Shown here one piece after another: positions 20,171 through 29,119 of a stretch of DNA of 64,000 nucleotides (positions are counted from its first letter, which is position 1; every line of letters starts with the position of its first letter). Under the pieces are notes generated by a model. It was given only the letters and a program-made list of their open reading frames with translations, was not told the DNA's origin and made no database searches. The DNA comes from Myxococcota bacterium (lineage in GTDB: Bacteria; Myxococcota_A; SURF-8), in contig CAXXQS010000001.1 of NCBI GenBank assembly GCA_963674735.2, positions 1,440,001-1,504,000 of the forward strand. The letters run 5' to 3'. The position numbers and the translations under genes are program-made.

Positions 20171-23100
20171 ATGCGGTATGCTCGCATCAACGTAGAGAAA
20201 GGATGTTCGGTGCCAGCCAAGCCAACTGACAGTATTGTTTCCATATTCCGCTGTGCACCGTTGACCGATGCCTTCGGGGGCGCACTCGATCTGGAAAGTC
20301 TGCGTGGCAGTCTGCGCTCTTCTGGCCTGCGTGTCGCCCATCTCATTGCCCATGATACGTTTTGGGAACTGCGACACACGGAAACCGACGAACGCATTGT
20401 TGCGCTTGCCCTGACTTGTTTGCGAGAACATCTTAGCCCGTTGGTACCCATTGAGACAACTCGGGATAACAGTCTTGATGACATCGAAATAACGGATGCT
20501 CGTCACAAACCGCCGGTGCCGGTCGTACTGTCCGAATTCGGTGTGGCCGACGTCACCGAAACGCTCACTGCACTCTCTAATCGATTGTTCGTTCACCCGG
20601 CCGCAGTTCCGACGTCCATTCATCAAGCGAAAACAGACTCTTACGCCGCACCACCCACCATATGCCACATTCTCGATCAGCTGGCAAATCCCTTCGGTGC
20701 CTATGGTTTGACACCCGACACGTGGCGGGTGCGCTGGTTGGAACGCGGTTCCCTCTGGCGTGAAGCTCTTCCTATTCCTAATGTCCCGAAGTTACAGATC
20801 CTACTCTGGCAGACAGCCGAAACGGCTCAAGCGGTCTTCGTTGCCATTATCGCCGAGGACGATCCGGTGAAGGCGGACGCGGCCGCCCGATCGCTCACAG
20901 CCTTGCTGATCGAGCAACCCGAAGCTCCAGCCGCCCCCGAGTTGTGGTTGGACGGCTTGCCCTACGGCGTTGCCCGGCGTCCAATCGTCGCCGCTCCCGT
21001 CGATTACACCACCCCTCTACCGATCCTCCGCATCGAAAATCGCTGCAGTTCATGCGGACGTTGTGCCGAGGTTTGCCCGGTTCGCGTGCTTACACCGGAG
21101 GGCCTGCCCACACCCGACATGCAAACGACCTGCTTGCGCTGTTACGACTGCGTGGAAGCCTGTCCGGAAGACGCTCTGCGTCCGACACTTTCGGACGACA
21201 CCGCGACGATTGGACACACATTAAGCTATCGTTCCGGCTGGCTATCGAGGATCGTCGGTCGGCCCGGACCTGCTTTTCCAGCACCTCATATTCCCTCATA
21301 CCTCCTCCCTACATCGGACAAGGCTTGCGAAACACCGCGGGTGATCGTCGGGCTTTCGATGACCACGATGCAGGAACACGCCACCGCTTTGCTGATCGAC
21401 GGAGTCCTCGTCGGGGCGATCGAGGAAGAACGCCTGAACCGCGTGCGCCATTACGGCTGGTCACCCGCCGGTCGCTCAGGTGTGACCCTCGCCATGGATC
21501 CGACCCTTTGTTTGGAGGAGGCGCTACCCCGGCGGGGAATCCGAGCGCTTTTAGAGCATGCCGGGCTGACGCTCGACGACGTGGATTTGTTCGCCATCAA
21601 CGGACTTCCCGCCCGCTATCGGCATGCCTACTCTCTCCATAACAGCGAACGTCCGGTGCCGGTGCTGCGCTCGGGACGCGTGGCCTTTATCCCGCATCAC
21701 TTGGCTCATGCCGCCAGCAGCTATCGACTAAGTGGTCTTTCCGATGCCTGGGTGTTGACGGTGGATGGCCGGGGAGACCGGGAAACGGCGGCGTTGTTCA
21801 AAGCCGAAAACGGACATCTTGAACCTCGCAATGAAATCCTTTCACTCACCGATCATTCCATCGGCGGCGTTTACGAAACCGTGACGCGTCTGCTCGGCTT
21901 CGGCTCCCACGGACAAGGCAGTACGATGGCCCTGGCCGGATTCGGTCAAGGCGATGTCGACCTAGACAACTGGTTATCCATCCGTAACTGGTCTTCCTAC
22001 CGTATCCACGAAAACGGACTGGAGGCTGCTTTCGATGGCGTAGCGATAAACGAAACGGAAGATGTTTCGCCCGAAGGCCGTTACAATCTCGCGGCGTCGT
22101 TGCAGGATGCCCTTGAAAAGGGTGTGCTATCGCTGTTGCGAGCAGGTGGCGTTCCCGAAAAAGGAGCGGCGCTGTGCCTGGCGGGTGGAGTGGCACTCAA
22201 CTGCCAGATGAACGAACGCATTCGGCACGAATTGAAGCCCGCCTCACTGTTTATCCAACCGGGGGCCAACGATGCAGGAACCGCGCTCGGGGCCGCGCTG
22301 GAAGCCCAGGCTCTATTTTCGCTTCCGTTAAAGGATCAGCCACTATCCCATGCACTTCTGGGGCCGGCCTTTACCGACGACGAAATCGAGGCGGCCCTGA
22401 TTCAACACGGCGTACCCTATCGACCAGTAGACGACATCAGCGAAACCGCTGCGCAGCTTCTGGCCGCAGGCAAAATCGTCGCCTGGTTCCAGGATCGCCT
22501 GGAATTCGGTCCGCGCGCCTTGGGTTCACGCAGCCTGCTGGCCGATCCGCGCAATCTTTCCGTGAAAGACCGCCTGAACGCGCTCAAGCAGCGGCAATCC
22601 TGGCGCCCCTTCGGGCCATCCGTTTTAGCGGGTCACGAACGCGACTGGTTCGAGAATGCCTGCGACAGCCGCTTCATGTTGCTTACACAAACCGTCCATG
22701 CTGAAAAACGGGAGTTGATTCCTGCAGTTTTGCACGTAGATGGCACCACCCGGCCCAATCTCGTCCGCTCGGATCTTCAGCCACGCTACCATGCATTGAT
22801 TGCGGCTTTTCATCGGCTGACCGGCGTTCCTCTGGTGCTCAATACTTCGTTCAATCGGCACGGCGAACCGATCGTCTGTACCCCCGATGACGCCCTAATT
22901 TGCTATCTCGCACTCGGGGCCGACGCCTTGGCCATCGGCTCGTTCATCGTCGAAGCGTCTGCCGCTCCCCTTCGCGCCCCGCGCCTGCCCACACTCAGTC
23001 GTCTGCAAGCCTGCCCCGGCGGGCGACGCTTATCGTTACGTTTGACTATCCACTGCGAGTGCCGATGCGTCCATTGTACTTTGGGCGATATGCCGGTTTG

Positions 23101-23914
23101 TCCCGACCGTTCCTTCAATGAAGCCCTGCGAGCCCTGGCCGAGGGACGTCGTCACTCTTGCGACGAACTGGTGATCCTGCGCGGTGAAGCAACCCATTGG
23201 CCTAAATTGGCTGAATTGATCGCACGCGCCAAAGAGATGGGCTATCGCTTTGTTCAATTGCAAAGCAACGGCGCGGCTCTGGCTGCCACCGATGTGCGTA
23301 AGCCGCTTCTGGCTGCGGGTTTGGACGCTGTAGAGGTCACCTTGGTTGCAGCCTCGGAAAACGATACAGCGCAAATCATGGGAGAAGGACGCTTCTTCAA
23401 AGACACGCTTCTCGCCATCCGCGCCCTGGTACAGGCCGGTCGTTTCGTGCTGGTTTCCGTGCCGCTCCTGCGCGACAACGTCCACGCCTACCCCAAACTG
23501 ATTGCGTTAATCGCTCGCTTGGGTGTCACGCACCTGCAATTCAACTTCCCTCGGCCGGTGGAGACTCCCGCCGGACTTTCGACGAAGTCCCTGATGCGCT
23601 TGAGCGATGCCGCCGCCGCACTGGCAGCCGTTTTACCCCAGACTCGCGAACTGGGTTTGACCGTCAGCACGGAAGGGCTACCTTTTTGCCATCTCGATCG
23701 CACGCTTTGGTCTATTCCCGATGCACAGGAAGACTGGTCACGCCATCGTGTCGACGATCTGCATCTCACACACGACAGTCTGACAACCGTTCGTCAGGCG
23801 GCGCGTCCGGATGCTCTGCCTTGCCGCGTCTGCGCCGAACGAACGCATTGTCCGAAAACCTGGGCACTTTATTTGGAATTGTTCGGTTCGAATGAATTTC
23901 GACCATTCGACTAG
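20171..23914 (+). CDS. Fusion protein: unknown N-terminal domain + 2x[4Fe-4S] ferredoxin + NodU/CmcH-family carbamoyltransferase + radical SAM domain
   Basis: CSSCGRCAEVCP and CLRCYDCVEACP; EEERLNR, HHLAHA, VDGRGD, AGGVALNC, EFGPRALGSRS, HVDGT and LNTSFN; CECRCVHC (CxxxCxxC); C-terminal CRVCAERTHC. Start codon uncertain. Confidence 0.88.
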   Translation: MRYARINVEKGCSVPAKPTDSIVSIFRCAPLTDAFGGALDLESLRGSLRSSGLRVAHLIAHDTFWELRHTETDERIVALALTCLREHLSPLVPIETTRDNSLDDIEITDARHKPPVPVVLSEFGVADVTETLTALSNRLFVHPAAVPTSIHQAKTDSYAAPPTICHILDQLANPFGAYGLTPDTWRVRWLERGSLWREALPIPNVPKLQILLWQTAETAQAVFVAIIAEDDPVKADAAARSLTALLIEQPEAPAAPELWLDGLPYGVARRPIVAAPVDYTTPLPILRIENRCSSCGRCAEVCPVRVLTPEGLPTPDMQTTCLRCYDCVEACPEDALRPTLSDDTATIGHTLSYRSGWLSRIVGRPGPAFPAPHIPSYLLPTSDKACETPRVIVGLSMTTMQEHATALLIDGVLVGAIEEERLNRVRHYGWSPAGRSGVTLAMDPTLCLEEALPRRGIRALLEHAGLTLDDVDLFAINGLPARYRHAYSLHNSERPVPVLRSGRVAFIPHHLAHAASSYRLSGLSDAWVLTVDGRGDRETAALFKAENGHLEPRNEILSLTDHSIGGVYETVTRLLGFGSHGQGSTMALAGFGQGDVDLDNWLSIRNWSSYRIHENGLEAAFDGVAINETEDVSPEGRYNLAASLQDALEKGVLSLLRAGGVPEKGAALCLAGGVALNCQMNERIRHELKPASLFIQPGANDAGTALGAALEAQALFSLPLKDQPLSHALLGPAFTDDEIEAALIQHGVPYRPVDDISETAAQLLAAGKIVAWFQDRLEFGPRALGSRSLLADPRNLSVKDRLNALKQRQSWRPFGPSVLAGHERDWFENACDSRFMLLTQTVHAEKRELIPAVLHVDGTTRPNLVRSDLQPRYHALIAAFHRLTGVPLVLNTSFNRHGEPIVCTPDDALICYLALGADALAIGSFIVEASAAPLRAPRLPTLSRLQACPGGRRLSLRLTIHCECRCVHCTLGDMPVCPDRSFNEALRALAEGRRHSCDELVILRGEATHWPKLAELIARAKEMGYRFVQLQSNGAALAATDVRKPLLAAGLDAVEVTLVAASENDTAQIMGEGRFFKDTLLAIRALVQAGRFVLVSVPLLRDNVHAYPKLIALIARLGVTHLQFNFPRPVETPAGLSTKSLMRLSDAAAALAAVLPQTRELGLTVSTEGLPFCHLDRTLWSIPDAQEDWSRHRVDDLHLTHDSLTTVRQAARPDALPCRVCAERTHCPKTWALYLELFGSNEFRPFD

Positions 23915-23918
23915 CAGC

Positions 23919-24833
23919 CTAATCCAAACTTGCCACCCACTCTCCCAAATAGGAAAAATCGGGTCGCCAGGCCGGATCGCTTTCGGCTATCCGTGCAAGC
24001 GCGTGTCGCACATTCGTTGCCGTGTCGGGTCGTTCGTCTGGTCGTTGCGCTAACAGCGACGTCACCAACCTCGACAGTTGCTGCGGGATATCGCCAAAAA
24101 CATCGGCAGGTGTGTCAGGAGGATCATTGAGGATGGCTGTCATCGTTTCGGTAGGGGTTTCACGGCGATGAAGTTGTACGCCCAGCAGGAGTTCCCAAGC
24201 CAAAATTCCCAAAGCGTATAAATCCGAACGCGCGTCGGGCAGGGTCGTTTCAGTATTGTTCCCATCCATACCAGCTCGCTCCGGGCTCAGGTAGGAAAAG
24301 CTGCCGCAGCCAATGACATCTCGGGAAGAACGCGGGCCTCCGCGCCATACGGCGAGTCCGAAGTCGGTGAGCTTGACGGTTCCATTGAACCCAAGCAATA
24401 CATTTTGCGGCGACACATCATGATGGACCACTTCCACAGGACCGTTTTCATCCCGTAGAAGATGAATGGACTCCAACACATCCGCCAAAGCTTGCAGGAT
24501 CGCCATAACCGCCCGAGAAGGCCAGCGCCGTCCATCCATCTGGGCGCGTCGCCCCGCTTCGGCCAAGGTAAGTCCTTGTACATATTCCAGTATCGCCATG
24601 GGTCGCGAAGAGGTATCGTCCAATGAAATGAGTTTCACGAGATGCGGATGGTCGAATCGTGCTTGAAGGCGCAGAGAATCGACGAAGTAACGTCGCTCAC
24701 GTGCAATATCGGACAAGTGAGAGTGGCAGACCTTCAATACACGTTCGTGACGATCTTCATCGTGGACCAACCATATTTCGGAACTGGCCGTGCAGGCGAG
24801 GCGTTCGATGGGCGTGTAAGGCCTTGTTTTCAT
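23919..24833 (-). CDS. Stand-alone Hanks-type Ser/Thr protein kinase with atypical Gly-loop
   Basis: VLKV, VHHDVSPQN, DFG, YLSPE and DLYALG motifs. Confidence 0.88.
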   Translation of the reverse strand: MKTRPYTPIERLACTASSEIWLVHDEDRHERVLKVCHSHLSDIARERRYFVDSLRLQARFDHPHLVKLISLDDTSSRPMAILEYVQGLTLAEAGRRAQMDGRRWPSRAVMAILQALADVLESIHLLRDENGPVEVVHHDVSPQNVLLGFNGTVKLTDFGLAVWRGGPRSSRDVIGCGSFSYLSPERAGMDGNNTETTLPDARSDLYALGILAWELLLGVQLHRRETPTETMTAILNDPPDTPADVFGDIPQQLSRLVTSLLAQRPDERPDTATNVRHALARIAESDPAWRPDFSYLGEWVASLD

Positions 24834-24845
24834 GAAGTCTAAACC

Positions 24846-24873
24846 AAAATCGGGGAGGTTGGTTCCTCCCCGA
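24846..24873 (-). terminator. Rho-independent terminator after the mlaC-like gene
   Basis: Minus strand TCGGGGAGG-aaccaa-CCTCCCCGA-TTTT. Confidence 0.65.
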
Positions 24874-24883
24874 CGGTGTGAGT

Positions 24884-25555
24884 CTATTTCCCGGCTTTCG
24901 GTTTGGCGGCCGGTTCATCATCGAAGCGGTCGTTTTCGATTTTGCCCGAGGATGGCAAGTCCAGCTCGTTGAGCTTACGTTTCATCTTCTCCAGCATTTT
25001 ATCGAAGCCGTCTTTGCGAATGATCTTGTTGAACTGGGAGCGGTAGTTTTCCATCAGGCTGACATCGTCGATCAGCATGTCGAACACCACCCATTTACCG
25101 GCTTTCTCGATGAAACGAAGCTGGATGCGTCCGAGGTACTTGCCCGATTTCACTTTGAAACGCACCGTCTGGAAATCTTCACCCGGAAGTTCTTCGTACC
25201 ACTTGATTTTATAGGTCGTCGAATCGGAAATGCGCAGAAGGTAGTTTTTCTCGATCAACGACTTCAAAGTCGCGAGAAAATCGGTCCGTTGAGCTGCACT
25301 GATGTCGTCCCAATGAAACACGAGGGAACGCATGCCAAGCTCTTCGAAGTCAAAAAGAGCATTGATGGTCTCGCTAAGCTTATCTTCTTTGGCCTGATGC
25401 GCCGGAGTTCCTTTCACGGTTTTCAGAGCTAATACCTTGCGAACCTCAAGCTCCTTTTTAACCGCGAGATCGGTCGCCGGCCCGGCAAACGCCGGAAGAC
25501 TCAAAACCAGCATTCCAATCAGCGAAAACATAATCAGCACGAATGAACGTCGCAT
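24884..25555 (-). CDS. mlaC: MlaC/Ttg2D-family periplasmic lipid-binding protein
   Basis: Signal peptide; FDFEELGMRSL..W and WVVFDMLIDDVSLMENYRSQF motifs. Confidence 0.85.
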   Translation of the reverse strand: MRRSFVLIMFSLIGMLVLSLPAFAGPATDLAVKKELEVRKVLALKTVKGTPAHQAKEDKLSETINALFDFEELGMRSLVFHWDDISAAQRTDFLATLKSLIEKNYLLRISDSTTYKIKWYEELPGEDFQTVRFKVKSGKYLGRIQLRFIEKAGKWVVFDMLIDDVSLMENYRSQFNKIIRKDGFDKMLEKMKRKLNELDLPSSGKIENDRFDDEPAAKPKAGK

Positions 25556-25617
25556 GTTATCTCCTCAAAGCAGTCCGTACAGACAGGAAACACCACCCGA
25601 TTGCGGAGATGTCACCT

Positions 25618-27159
25618 TCAGTCGTTCGAGCTATTCAGATCCTTGGAATCATTAGCCATTAACCATTCCAGTTTAGCCTGAGCCAAAAACACGGCGTGCA
25701 TGGAAGCATGGTACTGGAATTGGGTTTTGATGTAAGCGGCGATACCCTCAACCAAGTCCGAGGAACTGGCGAAGCCCGCATTGTAATTCATCCATTCCGA
25801 TACCATCCACTTGCGGCCCGAGCCTTCGCTTTTCTTGCTTATTTCCATCTGTTTCAGTTTTTCATGGTAGGCTTGATAGCCCTCTTCCAATTCGATGGTC
25901 ATCATCGATTGATAGTGCTTGCGCTCTTGTTCACTCTTGTTGAATTTGGCTTCGGCCTGGCGCGAACGATGGATTTGCAGGGGCAGATCGAAGGTATATT
26001 GCAAACCGACAAAGCCGGTGAGGTAGTTCTCATTATAAGGATCGTTCAAGAAAGGATTTTCCACGTCATCGATGGAGGGCGTATAGACAAACCTGTATTT
26101 CATCGATACGAAAAAATCCGGGAAATAATAAGCGAATTGACGTTTGGATTCCAACCGGTTACGCTCGACCTTCAAGTTCAGCAAGCGAATCTCCGGACGC
26201 TGCGTCAACATTTGATTTTGAACGTCGGAACGATCCAGCAAGCTTTCTTTTCGCTCGGGGCGTTGCAGATAGCGATGATCCAGGTAAAGCGGAGCGTCGG
26301 GGGATAGCGCTAAAACTTCATGCAGCGTCCTCATCAACACTTTCCGGTTCCGTTCGGTTTCGGCAAAACGCGAGGCAAGATCGGCCTTAACCACTTCAAA
26401 TTTATAGCGATCGATCATCGAGACCGTATCCGCCCCGGTTTCCAACAACTCTTCCAGCTTATCTTCCGCCTTGTTCAGATAATCCTGTGCTTCTTCCAGG
26501 ACTTTCAACGTGCGTTCGATTAATTGAAGAGAGTAATAAATTCGTTTGACTTCATAAGTTAAACGGCATTCGGCCTGCTTGCGCCCATAGCGGCCTGCCT
26601 GCTCAGCTAACGGCCCCTGTTTGCGTAAGTTGTTGATTTTACCAAATGTATAAAGTGGGATATTGACTTCGAGGTCATTGCCCCAAACGACTCCACCCAC
26701 ACTCCACTGTTCGGGATCGTAAGAGATGAAGGCATCGGGATCTTGAGTGGAAGGAGGGTTGTAATCTGGTGCGAGTGTGATCGCACTGCGAAGCCTGATT
26801 TGCGGGAACCAAGCCCACCACGCCTCTCCGGCCAGTTCGTGTGTGTAAGCCAATTCCCAATTGGCGGCTTTGATTCCCGGATTATTGGACAGTCCCAGTT
26901 CGATCAAACGTTCCAGGCTATAGATATTTTCAGGTGGGATGTTATCCAGGCGACCATTTCCCTCCCAATCGTCATCTGCGAAGGAATCGTCGTCTCCCCA
27001 ATCATCGTTAGCCCAGTCCTCAGCGGAAACCTCGGTAGCGGGTTCACCCGATCGTGGCGCTTCGTCCTTCTTCTGCTGTACATCCTGTGCCCCTAGATTG
27101 CTACTGAAGGTGAGGAACAGAAAACAAACCGGTAGGACGAACCAATGACACTTTCTCAT
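25618..27159 (-). CDS. TolC-family outer membrane efflux protein
   Basis: SLERLIELGLSNNP, PLYTFGK, RPEI and YFPD OEP-repeat features; signal peptide; start uncertain (27159-27228). Confidence 0.85.
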   Translation of the reverse strand: MRKCHWFVLPVCFLFLTFSSNLGAQDVQQKKDEAPRSGEPATEVSAEDWANDDWGDDDSFADDDWEGNGRLDNIPPENIYSLERLIELGLSNNPGIKAANWELAYTHELAGEAWWAWFPQIRLRSAITLAPDYNPPSTQDPDAFISYDPEQWSVGGVVWGNDLEVNIPLYTFGKINNLRKQGPLAEQAGRYGRKQAECRLTYEVKRIYYSLQLIERTLKVLEEAQDYLNKAEDKLEELLETGADTVSMIDRYKFEVVKADLASRFAETERNRKVLMRTLHEVLALSPDAPLYLDHRYLQRPERKESLLDRSDVQNQMLTQRPEIRLLNLKVERNRLESKRQFAYYFPDFFVSMKYRFVYTPSIDDVENPFLNDPYNENYLTGFVGLQYTFDLPLQIHRSRQAEAKFNKSEQERKHYQSMMTIELEEGYQAYHEKLKQMEISKKSEGSGRKWMVSEWMNYNAGFASSSDLVEGIAAYIKTQFQYHASMHAVFLAQAKLEWLMANDSKDLNSSND

Positions 27160-27266
27160 TCGTTTACTCAAGTTGCACTCCGCTTTTAGGCCCTCTCCGT
27201 ATCGAACGGGCTCAATAAAGCATATCACTGATCGAAAGTCACGAAAAAAGCGTCGGCGGCAAGCTC

Positions 27267-27343
27267 AATAGTGACCAATGAGTCATTATTTGCTTGACAT
27301 AATTTCTCGGATCGCTATGGTCGATAGTGACAGCATCGTCACT
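27267..27343. promoter_or_regulatory. Two TGAC-N6-GTCA palindromic operators flanking a sigma70-like promoter of the tetR gene
   Basis: AATAGTGAC-caatga-GTCATTATT (27267-27290); TTGACA (27294-27299), 16 nt, TATGGT (27316-27321); AGTGAC-agcatc-GTCACT (27326-27343). Confidence 0.7.
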
Positions 27344-27378
27344 TGGTTGTTTCTATACCATACACAGAAGTAGTCTAT

Positions 27379-28023
27379 ATGACCAAACATAGAAGCCGCG
27401 AAGACCGAATACAAGAAATCCTCGATGCGACCTCGGATGTGATCGACGAACATGGCCTGCCTGCCCTTACCATGGACGCCATTGCCGCTCACTGTAGTTT
27501 AAGTAAAGGCGGTGTCTACCGGTTTTTCCCTAATAAGCATGCTGTGTGCTTGGCTTTGTTCGATCAAATCTACAGCTTTATCGCCGAAATCAATGTCGAG
27601 GAATGTCTGTCGTGGAATCTACCCATTACGGAAACACTATCTCGCCTGATTTTTCGCGATGATTTCAGTCACGCACAGGTCACTCGCCATTATCGGCTCT
27701 GGCTTCTGTTACTTTCACAATCTCTGTTGAATGAGGATTTCCGAAAAACCAAACAAAAATACATGCTCCAGATCGAGGTGGATGCAGCACACCTCATCAG
27801 CGCCGTTTTGGCCCGTGATGGTCTGGAGTTGTCGGACCAGACAAAAAATGAACTGACAATGGCGATTCAAGTGGCCAATACCATGCTCGAAGGCATGGTG
27901 ATAGAAGCACTGTGCGGAACCCCGCGCGAAGACCTTCAGCAGCGTATCCGCTGGTGGTTGGAACGCATTCTTCGCGATGCCGTTCAAAAATTTCCTTCTG
28001 TTAATAATGACCCGAGTCTGTAG
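27379..28023 (+). CDS. TetR/AcrR-family transcriptional regulator
   Basis: RIQEILDATSDVIDEHG...TMDAIAAHCSLSKGGVYRFFPNK. Confidence 0.92.
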   Translation: MTKHRSREDRIQEILDATSDVIDEHGLPALTMDAIAAHCSLSKGGVYRFFPNKHAVCLALFDQIYSFIAEINVEECLSWNLPITETLSRLIFRDDFSHAQVTRHYRLWLLLLSQSLLNEDFRKTKQKYMLQIEVDAAHLISAVLARDGLELSDQTKNELTMAIQVANTMLEGMVIEALCGTPREDLQQRIRWWLERILRDAVQKFPSVNNDPSL

Positions 28024-28036
28024 TACGAGGATGACA

Positions 28037-29119
28037 ATGACAAAAAGTGTGACCTGGAACTTCCCGGCGAACGTCCTTCGATCCGGCTTTCTTTCCGCAA
28101 CCCTCCCTCTCTTGTTCGCGGTCATCACGAGTGGCTTGCTGTGCTCAGCCTGCAACACGGACAATCAGATTGAAGAGACACCCCCGATTCTCGTCGAAGT
28201 TCAAGTGGCGAGCATTTCCGAAAATCCGTTGACGCGCCGATTTTCCGGCTACACACATCCATGGGATGTTCACGGCGTCGGTTTCCTGGTTTCCGGGCGC
28301 GTTTCGAAATTGCTTGTCAAAGAGGGCGAATTCGTAAAAAAAGGCGATCTGATCGCGACAATGGACCCGGAAGACTACAAACTGGTCGAACAATTGGCGC
28401 AAACACAGGTGGAAGCCCTCGAACCGAACTTCAAACGTGTCGATTCACTCGTTAAAAACGACGCCCTACCGCAGAGCAAGTTGGACGAGATCAAGGGTCG
28501 CTACGACGCGGCGCGAACCCAGCAAAAACGCGCCGAGCGCCAGATGAAATACACGCGTTTGTATGCCCCCATTTCCGGAGTAGTACACGAATTGCGAACA
28601 GCGGCCGGACAGGTTATCGCCAGCGGCAGCCCGGCGGTTATTTTGCTGGATATCGATCGCTTGAAGTTAAAAATCGGCGTTCCTCAGAAGGATTTGAAAT
28701 ACTTCACGATCGGGGATGAACTTGAAGTGGACGTCCCGGGAGTGAAAAGCGGTATCGCGGGCAAGGTTTGTCATATCGATTACGTGGCCGACGCGACGAC
28801 GCGCAGTTTTTCGATCGATGTCGAAATTCAGAACGGCGACCACCAGTTACGCCCCAGCATGTTGGCGAATACGCATATCACCATCGACCGCTACAAGGGG
28901 TACTTCGTTCCGATCCATGCCGTTATGCACACACTTGAAGGCAGCCCATATTTGATGCTCGTCGATGAAGCCACGCAAACGATCACCGATGCGGCCGTCA
29001 AGATCGGAATCCGTTTCGGCGAACAACTCCAGGTTACGGAAGGACTCAAAGGCGGAGAGAAAATCGTCGTACGCGGCAACAATTTCGCGCGTGAAGGGGA
29101 CAAGGTGGTTGTCCGATGA
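28037..29119 (+). CDS. RND efflux periplasmic adaptor (MFP)
   Basis: VSGRVSKLLVKEGEFVKKGD, TRLYAPISG and GLKGGEKIVVRG; overlaps the permease start (ATGA); start uncertain (28031/28037). Confidence 0.9.
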   Translation: MTKSVTWNFPANVLRSGFLSATLPLLFAVITSGLLCSACNTDNQIEETPPILVEVQVASISENPLTRRFSGYTHPWDVHGVGFLVSGRVSKLLVKEGEFVKKGDLIATMDPEDYKLVEQLAQTQVEALEPNFKRVDSLVKNDALPQSKLDEIKGRYDAARTQQKRAERQMKYTRLYAPISGVVHELRTAAGQVIASGSPAVILLDIDRLKLKIGVPQKDLKYFTIGDELEVDVPGVKSGIAGKVCHIDYVADATTRSFSIDVEIQNGDHQLRPSMLANTHITIDRYKGYFVPIHAVMHTLEGSPYLMLVDEATQTITDAAVKIGIRFGEQLQVTEGLKGGEKIVVRGNNFAREGDKVVVR

